NCBI GenBank assembly: GCA_964549615.1
Contig: CAZJVP010000020.1
Coordinates: forward strand, 192,001-256,000
DNA: 64,000 bases
From: an uncultured Thermococci archaeon
GTDB taxonomy: Archaea; CAYQAE01; CAYVLA01
Direction: 5' to 3'
Part shown: piece after piece, positions 10,382-18,100 of the stretch
Position numbering within the stretch: position 1 is the first letter of the stretch
How the letters are laid out: each line of letters opens with the position of its first letter
Translations under genes and position numbers: made by a program
The notes under the pieces: model-generated
Seen by the model: only the letters and a program-made list of their open reading frames with translations
Database searches by the model: none
Told to the model about the DNA's origin: nothing

Positions 10382-12018
10382 CCCAATGCCTTCTCAAGTC
10401 GGTCTGCCACCGTATCAGGTCCGAGTGCACAAACCAAAGGGCCCATTCTGGGTCCGTGGTCGGTGCCCAGCAGCAGCCTGTAAAGGATCTGGAAGAGCCT
10501 GGAAGGGCTCACCCCATGAAGCTCGGCTGCGGAGAACACCGACGACTGGATCGCATCAGGACCGGGACTGGTCTTGATGACGCGAGCTAGGTGGCGAAGG
10601 CTCGCCTTCTCCGGGTCGGTCAGCTTGGCAATGAATGCCCTGTCGGGCTCGCCGGCCGGCCGCAGGGCGAGCTCGGGCACGAACATGCGAACCCAGTTCC
10701 GGGCGTAGATCAACCTCTGCCTGATCTGCTCAACAGCCCTCTTCGAAGGACGGCCCTTGATCAGCTCGGTCCTCCGCAGTGCCTTGATCGCCTCTGACAT
10801 GGACTCCTCTGGATCGTAGACTTGGGCGATGAGCGAAGCGAGGGTCAGGTCGATGGTCGCCGGCCTCTCTTTCGGGGGACTTCGGAGCTGGGAGATGCGG
10901 TAAAGCCTGATCATGTGCGACCTCTCTCTTTCGTTCGAGGCATCGGCCTTGCCGTAGTAGACGTCCGCGTGTCCGTCGTAGTCGGCATAGAGCCTCGGCA
11001 ACTCCCGCCAGGAGAAGCTCCTGGTCTTCATCAGCTTCTTGTTGTACAGGAACCTGAGAAGCTCAGCCGGCGCGACCTTCAACCAGTCCGCCGGGTAAAC
11101 GACGTTGCCCAAGGATGCGCTCATCTTCCTGCCGTCTATCAGAAGATGCTCGTAGAAGAAAGGCGTCGGCATGGGGTAGTCAAAGATGCGCTCAGCTATC
11201 TCCCCGTTCACCCACCATGCACTCGTCGGAACCTCATACTCCTTTCCCCCGCCCTCGCAGCTCACCTTCCAAAGCGCCCATTCGCTCGCCCACTCCCCTT
11301 TCCAGAGGATCTTGCCCTTGTCGCGCAACGCATCCGCCCACCCCACGTAGCCGCATCCTTTGGCAACCGTCTTCTCGAACTGGTAGTCGCGGCATTCGTA
11401 CCTGATCCGCGAGCCGTCGATCTCCAAGACCTGAGGCGTTATCACCTTGCCGCACTCGGCACAGATGGGCTTCCATGGCGTCCACCCCGAAGAGAGGCTC
11501 GAATCCCTGTATTTCTCGAGGATCTCCCTGACCCGATCCCGATTGTCAAGGAGCTTCTTGATGTACCTGCGGAAGCTACCCCTGTCGTATTCCTGCGTGG
11601 TCGAATACCGACGGGCCTTGTTGACCACGAAGTCCTCCATCACTTCGAGGTACTCCGCCCGGTGGTGTTCCGCGTAGGAATCGTGACAGCCGGAGGGATC
11701 TGGAACCTCCGTCACCGGCTTTCCCAGGTACTCCTCGTATTCCTTGGGGACGCCTTCGGGGATGCTCCTAAGGGGATCCATATCCTCGCCGACCCAGATC
11801 ATGCGGGCCTTGGCACCGGCGTCGCGAAGCGCGGTCACGATGGAGTCCGCCCGGATGGTATCGCTCAACCGGCCTATGTGCAGGACGCCCGAAAGGGATG
11901 CCGAGGTCTTCACGACGAAGCATGTCCTCTTGGGAACGGGCTTGTCGACGAAGTGGTACTTCTTCCTCTCGCAGATCTCCCTTGCCTTCTGGTCGGCCCA
12001 GAACAGAGGCTCCGTCAT
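10378..12018 (-). CDS. lysS: Lysyl-tRNA synthetase, class I (archaeal type)
   Basis: FWAD N-terminus, SLSGVLHIG (HIGH), D.D.LR.IP, PDP.GCH.SYAEH, Zn-knuckle C..C, KMSASLGNV, GPRMG. Start ATG 12018 chosen because the 12072 start would overlap the tRNA gene. Confidence 0.96.
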   Translation of the reverse strand: MTEPLFWADQKAREICERKKYHFVDKPVPKRTCFVVKTSASLSGVLHIGRLSDTIRADSIVTALRDAGAKARMIWVGEDMDPLRSIPEGVPKEYEEYLGKPVTEVPDPSGCHDSYAEHHRAEYLEVMEDFVVNKARRYSTTQEYDRGSFRRYIKKLLDNRDRVREILEKYRDSSLSSGWTPWKPICAECGKVITPQVLEIDGSRIRYECRDYQFEKTVAKGCGYVGWADALRDKGKILWKGEWASEWALWKVSCEGGGKEYEVPTSAWWVNGEIAERIFDYPMPTPFFYEHLLIDGRKMSASLGNVVYPADWLKVAPAELLRFLYNKKLMKTRSFSWRELPRLYADYDGHADVYYGKADASNERERSHMIRLYRISQLRSPPKERPATIDLTLASLIAQVYDPEESMSEAIKALRRTELIKGRPSKRAVEQIRQRLIYARNWVRMFVPELALRPAGEPDRAFIAKLTDPEKASLRHLARVIKTSPGPDAIQSSVFSAAELHGVSPSRLFQILYRLLLGTDHGPRMGPLVCALGPDTVADRLEKALG

Positions 12019-12058
12019 GGATACACCGGAAAAATGAGCCGCGGATTCTAAAATGCCG

Positions 12059-12078
12059 TTCGCCCCGGCCACGCCGGT
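12059..12078 (-). other. tRNA-Met intron 4 (20 nt, acceptor-stem 3' strand, 68/69)
   Basis: Full hBHBh': GCC/GGC outer helix, CGCT/GGCG central 4 bp, bulges CC|A and AA|C, inner CCGGC/GCCGG. Removal yields TCCCGGC-A, which pairs with 5' GCCGGGG. Confidence 0.85.
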
Positions 12079-12101
12079 GGAGCGGGCTTCGAACCCGCGA
12101 C

Positions 12102-12118
12102 TTCCGTCTCTTCCGAGA
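12102..12118 (-). other. tRNA-Met intron 3 (17 nt, variable loop, about 45/46)
   Basis: TCTCGGAAGAGACGGAA with a CTC-GGAA-GAG hairpin. Relaxed central helix CCGG/ACGG, cuts AG|T and AA|G; removal restores the AGGTC variable loop. Exact register is ambiguous by a few nt. Confidence 0.75.
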
Positions 12119-12126
12119 CTCCGGAT

Positions 12127-12180
12127 GTCCCAGGGACATGGCCGGAGAACCTACGCTGGGTCCCGTGCCCTTAGGTCACC
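12127..12180 (-). other. tRNA-Met intron 2 (54 nt, canonical 37/38)
   Basis: Central helix CTCA/TGGG, bulges TA|G and AC|A; removal restores the CTCATAA anticodon loop. Confidence 0.9.
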
Positions 12181-12197
12181 TATGAGTCCGGCGCGCT

Positions 12198-12226
12198 CTC
12201 CGGTCGGGCCCCCTCGCGGGCCCGAT
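12198..12226 (-). other. tRNA-Met intron 1 (29 nt, D-loop, about 20a/21)
   Basis: Central helix CTGG/CCGG, bulges TG|A and AG|A, inner 8-bp hairpin TCGGGCCC/GGGCCCGA (relaxed BHB). Confidence 0.85.
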
Positions 12227-12280
12227 CACCAGCTGCGCCACCCCGGCAGTAGATTCGTTCCCAGAATCCTGAAAATGCCA

Positions 12281-12290
12281 TATAAATATA
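12281..12290. promoter_or_regulatory. TATA element between the divergent tRNA-Met and radical SAM genes
   Basis: TATAAATATA lies about 34 nt upstream of the tRNA 5' end (minus) and about 32 nt upstream of GTG 12322 (plus). Confidence 0.65.
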
Positions 12291-12321
12291 TCCGCCCTTA
12301 GGCCGGCCCCCGAGGTTCTGG

Positions 12322-13872
12322 GTGGGATCGCTTCTAAACGAGGTCGGCGGGTTCAGGAAGAGGAAGGCGCGGCTGAGGATCGCCCTCGTCTATCCCAACG
12401 CCTACGAGGTCGGCATGGCAAGCCTTGGCCTTCACACGGTCTACTCGCTGCTCAACAGCTACGAGGACGTCGCGTGCGAAAGGCTGTTCCTAGGAATGAC
12501 GACCACTATCGAGTCGGGCTCCCCCCTCTCGGCCTTCGATGTCGTAGGTTTCTCGCTCCAGTACGAGCTCGACTTCCTCAACATGGTCAGCATCCTGACT
12601 GCCTGCGGAATAGAGCCCCTCCGAAAAAGGCGCAGGAAGCCGACCCTGATCGCGGGCGGTCCCTGCTGCGTGAATCCGATCCCGCTCACTAGGATCGTCG
12701 ACCTCTTCGTGGTCGGAGACCTCGAGCCTGTGGCGGATCATCTGGTCGACGGCCTTCTTGCCAATAGGTCGCCGGCCGAGATCGCATCTCCGCACGGACT
12801 GTTCTCAAGCGAGCTGATGAATCGGTGCAAGGCGGCCAGGGCCATGGATCTGGATTCGATTCCAGCTCCGACGAACCAACCCCATCCAACGGCAGGCGGG
12901 TTCCGCCCGGCCCTAGGATCGACGTTCATGGTCGAGATCTCAAGGGGCTGCAACGTCCGGTGCAGGTTCTGCATGTACTCGCACTGCACTCAACCTAAGA
13001 GGGAGCGGTCGCTTAGGAGGATCCGTGAGATAGTGGACGAGGGGCTCGACGTGACCGGGCTGAAGAAGGTCTCGCTCGTCGGGGCACTCGTGACCGACCA
13101 CTCCGAGATCAAGGACATACTGGCCTATCTTGTCGATAAGGGCGTGTCGGTTTCCCTTCCGTCCATTCGGACGGACGAGGTGGACGACGAGATGCTTCAG
13201 CTCATTGCCCAACTCGGCGTCAGGACCATCACGGTGGCGCCCGAGGGCAGCCCGCACGTAAGGTCGATCCTCAAGAAGGACCTCGATGAGGATGCCTTGA
13301 GATACGTGACGGAAAGCGCGGCGGAGCATGGAGTCAGGAGGATAAGACTCTACTTCATAACCGGCGTGCCGGGCGAGACGAGGCAGGACCTAGAGTACGT
13401 GGTTGAGCTCTGCACCGGGTTGTCCAGGCGCTACAGGGGCAAAGGAGCCGTCACGGCCAGCGTGAATCCGCTCGTGCCGAAACCCCACACTCCCGCCCAG
13501 TTTCTCGCGATGGCCGATCCCAAGAGGATAGAGGAAAACTACAGATTCCTGAGAAAGGCCTTGCAACCGCGCGGGGTTGACCTCAAGCTGCAAAGCATGA
13601 AGGAGTCCGTCATTCAGACCTATCTCGCGCTGGGGCGGGAAGAAACTGGAGGAGTTCTCCTCAAAGCATCCCAGAGCGCCGCGGGACTCGCAGCGTGGAG
13701 GAGGATCGCTGAATCCGAAGGCGACCCACTGTCGAGGGTCTTCGAGGGCGTAGCCGCCACGCCCTGGGACGTGATCGACTCAGGCCTTCCGCGGAGCTAC
13801 CTTCGGAGACAGCACCGCGAGATGATCGCCGCACGCAATGCAACCGCTACCGCCTCAGGAAACCATTATTAG
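12322..13872 (+). CDS. Radical SAM protein with N-terminal B12-binding-like domain (TIGR03960-like), function unknown
   Basis: IALVYPN.YEVGMASLG, FDVVGFSLQYE, IAGGP, EISRGCNVRCRFC (CxxxCxxC), SLPSIR, TVAPEG, LYFITGVPGET, VPKPHTP.Q. Confidence 0.88.
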   Translation: MGSLLNEVGGFRKRKARLRIALVYPNAYEVGMASLGLHTVYSLLNSYEDVACERLFLGMTTTIESGSPLSAFDVVGFSLQYELDFLNMVSILTACGIEPLRKRRRKPTLIAGGPCCVNPIPLTRIVDLFVVGDLEPVADHLVDGLLANRSPAEIASPHGLFSSELMNRCKAARAMDLDSIPAPTNQPHPTAGGFRPALGSTFMVEISRGCNVRCRFCMYSHCTQPKRERSLRRIREIVDEGLDVTGLKKVSLVGALVTDHSEIKDILAYLVDKGVSVSLPSIRTDEVDDEMLQLIAQLGVRTITVAPEGSPHVRSILKKDLDEDALRYVTESAAEHGVRRIRLYFITGVPGETRQDLEYVVELCTGLSRRYRGKGAVTASVNPLVPKPHTPAQFLAMADPKRIEENYRFLRKALQPRGVDLKLQSMKESVIQTYLALGREETGGVLLKASQSAAGLAAWRRIAESEGDPLSRVFEGVAATPWDVIDSGLPRSYLRRQHREMIAARNATATASGNHY

Positions 13873-13906
13873 GGCTTGCCCGGTACGCCGCCGATGGAGA
13901 GCCGCA

Positions 13907-14596
13907 GTGTTCTGCCCTCGGTGTCGCGATAGGATCTCTGAGAACTGGAGCTTCTGCCCTCGCTGCGGGGCCCGCCTTCCATCCTCGGGAGCTCCCAGCG
14001 AAGACGTCCACTACTCGCCGCTGGCCGACCTCTTCAAGGACATAGAGAGACAGATGAGGGAGGTTCTCGGCCCGAACCTCTCGAAGGACATCGAATTCTT
14101 CGAACTGAGGCCCGACTTCATGAAGAGGAATCCCATCCTCAGGCCTGGGCAAGGATTCAGGATAAAGATCACCCGGGCAGGGGACGGGCCGCCGACGATC
14201 GACATCAAGGCCTTCGGCGATATCGACGAGAGGATCGCCGAGAAGATGAGGGAGAGCCTAAAGCCCCAGTCAAGCGAGTCCGCCCCTGAGGCTGAGACAC
14301 GGAAGGAGGAAGAGAGCCTCGCCATGGAGAGCAGCGAGGCAGCTGCCCGGGACGTCTCAGGATACGAGGAACCCCGGTGTACAACGAAGTGGACCGGCGA
14401 TCACCTCCTCGTCGACCTGGACCTCCCCGGCGTCACCAAGAGCGACGATGTGGAGGTAAGGAAGCTGGGGGAGAGCATCGAGGTCAGGGCCTTCGCGGGC
14501 GGCAAGGGATACTTCAAGATTCTGGGGATCCCGGCGGATGCGCAGCTTGTAAGCCGACGGTTCAGAAAGGGCAGGCTGTCGCTCAAGATAGGGTAG
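13907..14596 (+). CDS. Zinc-ribbon domain plus C-terminal Hsp20/alpha-crystallin-like protein
   Basis: CPRC....SENWSFCPRCGA N-terminus; C-terminal V.LDLPGV...DV.VR.L.ESIEVRA...K.YFKIL.IP. GTG 13907 is the likely start. Confidence 0.75.
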   Translation: MFCPRCRDRISENWSFCPRCGARLPSSGAPSEDVHYSPLADLFKDIERQMREVLGPNLSKDIEFFELRPDFMKRNPILRPGQGFRIKITRAGDGPPTIDIKAFGDIDERIAEKMRESLKPQSSESAPEAETRKEEESLAMESSEAAARDVSGYEEPRCTTKWTGDHLLVDLDLPGVTKSDDVEVRKLGESIEVRAFAGGKGYFKILGIPADAQLVSRRFRKGRLSLKIG

Positions 14597-14712
14597 GCAT
14601 TTTTCGACCAAGAGCAGGAAGGTCCCCGTGCACCGCCGGTCGGGTCCGAACCGTGCAAGGAAGACCGTTAACTTTGCGCGCGCGCAGGAAGCCGATGTCC
14701 GACCTCGAAACA

Positions 14713-14719
14713 CTTAAGA
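14713..14719 (+). promoter_or_regulatory. Putative TATA box for the initiator tRNA
   Basis: CTTAAGA preceded by GAAA (BRE-like), about 24 nt upstream of the tRNA. Confidence 0.55.
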
Positions 14720-14742
14720 GTTCTAGACGGGCTTCGAGGTAT

Positions 14743-14817
14743 AGCGAGGTGGGGCAGCCAGGAGTGCCCGACGGGCTCATAACCCGTAGGTCAGTGGTTC
14801 AAATCCACTCCTCGCTA
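14743..14817 (+). tRNA. Initiator tRNA-Met(CAT), intronless, no encoded CCA
   Basis: AGCGAGG/CCTCGCT acceptor stem with A1-U72, anticodon arm ACGGG CTCATAA CCCGT with three consecutive G-C pairs, GGTTCAAATCC T arm. Confidence 0.96.
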
Positions 14818-15139
14818 CTCCTTTCAAGGCGTCCGTCGGTTTTGGGCGTCTGCTGGTGAGGCAGCCGCGCGCTGCGTCCTACGAGGGCATCTTTATTGTC
14901 ATACAGAGTGGTTCGGCCCCTGTCCAGCACTCTCAGTGCCCTGTTCGCCTCAATCGCAGTGAGGCGCGGGTTCAAAGACAGCTACGACGTCAAAGGTTGG
15001 TCGAAAGATCCCTCGGTCTTCGAACCCTACCTCGAAGTCGAAGTCGGGGGAAAGGTTTATCAGAGCAGCGCCTACCCGCAAAGGGGTACTGAGCCAGAGG
15101 GCTCTTCCTCGGGCGGGATGCTCGTTCGGGTGGGATTCG

Positions 15140-18100
15140 GTGATGCGGGCGCCGACATTCCTCGCCTTGGTCCTGGTATCGCTTCTAAGCAGCCTATCCG
15201 CTGCAATCGCAGAGAACGCGATTACGGTGCCCGACGACTTCAGCACCATAGCTGAAGCAATAGCCGCCGCAACGCCGGGTCAGATTATACTCATTCAGCC
15301 AGGGGTCTACAATGAGAAGCTCTCAATCGATAAGGGAATAATGCTGCGCGGACTCAAGCCCGACGAGACTTTCATCTTTAGTAACGAAGAGCCGTGCACA
15401 ATCTGGATAGGTGCTGCCCATGTCGTCCTTTCTGGCGTTACGGTGATGAACTATAACGTGCGTACAAGGGGGGCCGTTCATGCCAACGGCTCGAAATACT
15501 GCACCATCACCGGCAATAGAATAATCGGCGGGCTCTATCTCACCTACTGCGACGATTGCAGAATCGAAGACAACAACATTCTTGCAGACCCATACCGCAG
15601 CACCGACGGCTTAGGCGTCATTCTGTGTCAACGCGTCACTATCCAAGGAAACACAGTCTCAGGCTTCGCGATCGGCTTGAACCTAGACCGTTCGGGTCTG
15701 TGCAAGCTCAGGCATAACCAGCTATGCGGCAACCGCCGCGGAATGTCGGTCAGAGCCATAAGCATCGACACCGCCCTTCACGATATCGACCGGACAAATG
15801 AGGTCGACGGCAAGCCGGTTTACTACTTCGTGAACGCTTGCAATCTTGTCATCGAACCCTCACATTTTCCCAAAATAGGGTACCTCGGCATAGTGGCCTC
15901 ACACAACGTTTTTGCCAGAGACCTGTCTATCACCGGGGCTGCTCAAGGAGTGCTGGTCGCGTTCTCGAGCAACGTCTTCTTGGACAATCTCACCTTGACG
16001 GACAATGATAACGGGCTGAACATGTTCTCCACCTCGGATTCCGAGATAAGGCGGAGTACCTTGAGCCGCAACAACATCGGCATCAACGCGATCCGGTCAG
16101 ACCGCATCACGGTTGTCGACAACAAGATTGGGCCGGGCGACGGCTGTGCAACGGGCCTTAACGTGCAAGCCGGAACGCTCTGGACGATCAGGCGCAACGT
16201 GATCATTGGGAACTACATGCAGATCCGAATGTATGACTGTAGGTATTTCGTCATAAGACAGAACACGGTTGCAAATGGTCTCCGAGGGCCCCCCTCGTGG
16301 AATCCAGGGTGTGGCATCGAACTCTGGTACAGCCAAGATAACAAGATCTGCCAGAACAACTGGATCGGGAATCCCGTACACGCAAGCATACCAGTCGGTT
16401 CGTATGCGAACACGTGGGATGACGGTTTGCTGGGGGGCGGCAACTTCTGGGATACCCACAAGGTCAAGGACGCAAACGGCGACGGATTCGGCGATACTCC
16501 TTATGTCATCGACCTGATGAACTCGGACAGATATCCGCTGATGAAATACTATGGTTGGGAGGACGTTGAGATCGATCTTTCACAAGCCTCAGACACGCGC
16601 TGCGATTTGAACTCGAGTCAGCTGGTCGCTTTTCACGCACGCTGGAAGCAGAGCGGCCTCGACCTTCAAGGCGGGACGATCTACGTGAATGGTACGCCGT
16701 ACAATACCAACAGCCTCGGCTGGCTGAGCTTCAGCTGCAAGTTCCCGGAATGCGGCAAGAGGTCGTGGAAGGTCACGTCAGTTGAATATGATGGTCCTAG
16801 GTCCTATGCGCAGATCGCCCCGAGTCCGTCGATCGTTTGGGATTCCGTCGACATCGAGCTGAGGGCAATAAAGGAGAGGTGCGACACGGGTTCACAGGGC
16901 CTGGCCTGGACGGCACGTTACCGATATGACCAGGCCCAGTTTGAGGGCCTCATAGTCCTCAACGACACCTGCGTACAAGATCAACCTGGCCGATATGGGT
17001 ACAAGGTTACGGAGGTGGTGGACGAGGCATATGGGCTGAGTGTATTCGAATCAAACGAGGTATCCGTTGTGTACGACAGGGTCAATCTGACACTTGTCCC
17101 TGTTGACGTGAGAGCCGACGTCGGAACGTTGGTCCCTGTCAAATGCAGAGGTACATACGAATATGATGGCTCGCCCTTCAACGGGACAGTTGGCTTCTTG
17201 CAGGTGCTAAGTTCGGACAGGGTAGGAGCCAAGGAATCAACTGCAGAATGGATCGTCGACCCACTGTACGGGCTTACGGCTTTTTGCTCAAATGCCGCAC
17301 TGGTCATCTTCGACAGGGTTAGGATCACTCTTTTCGACGACAGGATTGACGTGGGCAGCTGCACCCCCTTAGAGTGGAACGGATCATACGAATACGATGG
17401 ATCTCCTTTCAGGGGTGAGATTGAACTCAACGACAGTCCCGGATCTGACGAGGTTTGTCTCAAGAGATTCTGGGTGAAACGAATCAAGGATCCGCTTTAC
17501 AATCTGACGGCATTCACTTCGAATGAAGCGAGCGTCGTCTACGATCGGGTGATAATCAACCTTACCGTTTCCGATGACCACATAGATGTAGGACGGGCTG
17601 CCGACTTGAAGATTGCTGCCCGTTACGAGTTTGATGGTGCCGCCTTTGACGGCTTGGTCTTCTTGAACGACACCCGGATCGTCCTTGATGCCCCCGGCAG
17701 AAGGGCCTTCACCGCCTCGTCCATCACCGACTTCCTCTACGGCCTGAACGAATTCAAATCAAACGCCGCCGCCGTGACTTGGGACAGGGTCCGTGTTCTT
17801 CTATCCGTTGAGAGAGATCGCGTGGACGTTGGGACGGCCCCCGAAATTCTAGCGCACGCTGTGTATGAGTACGACCATTCGCCGATCTCGGGGTCGGTGA
17901 TACTCAACGACACCACACAGAAGCAACAGCTTGGCTTGTTCGCATACACGGTGCGGGAGGTGCGCGACGAGAAGTACGGGCTTTGCGAGTTCTCGGCGAA
18001 TTGCATCAGGGTGATCTATGACACCGTATTGCTCGACATGCTTATCTCAGACCCCAGGATCGACATCGGCACCTCGCCAAACATCACGGTCTCCGGAAGA

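Larger units (their letters stand above)
12054..12247 (-). tRNA. Elongator tRNA-Met(CAT) interrupted by four introns; mature length 74 nt without CCA
   Basis: Spliced product GCCGGGG TG GCGC AGCTGGTGA GCGC G CCGGA CTCATAA TCCGG AGGTC GCGGG TTCGAAG CCCGC TCCCGGC A is a complete cloverleaf. It has an upstream TATA and a downstream T-run. Confidence 0.9.

Noticed and set aside
10822-12051. 409-aa plus-strand ORF
   Set aside because: Antisense shadow of lysS in GC-rich DNA; no motifs.
12019-12072. N-terminal extension of lysS given by the ORF track
   Set aside because: Would overlap the 3' exons of the tRNA-Met gene; the FWAD motif indicates a start at 12018.
12073-12080. CCACCGGC as the true 3' acceptor strand (three-intron or pseudo-tRNA model)
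   Set aside because: Leaves two extra unpaired bases after the T-stem and a G discriminator. The four-intron model gives a 7-bp stem with discriminator A via a full BHB.
12127-12180. Possible fifth or nested intron, or C/D guide RNA, within intron 2
   Set aside because: Alternative junctions give only 2-nt bulges or mismatched central helices; no clear RTGATGA/CTGA boxes.
12054-12247. Assignment as tRNA-Ile2(CAT)
   Set aside because: The GCCGGGG acceptor, CCGGA anticodon stem and 37/38 intron fit archaeal elongator tRNA-Met better than the GGGCC-type Ile2.
14896-15255. 119-aa ORF downstream of tRNA-iMet
   Set aside because: Overlaps the surface-protein start and lacks recognisable features; at most a remnant.
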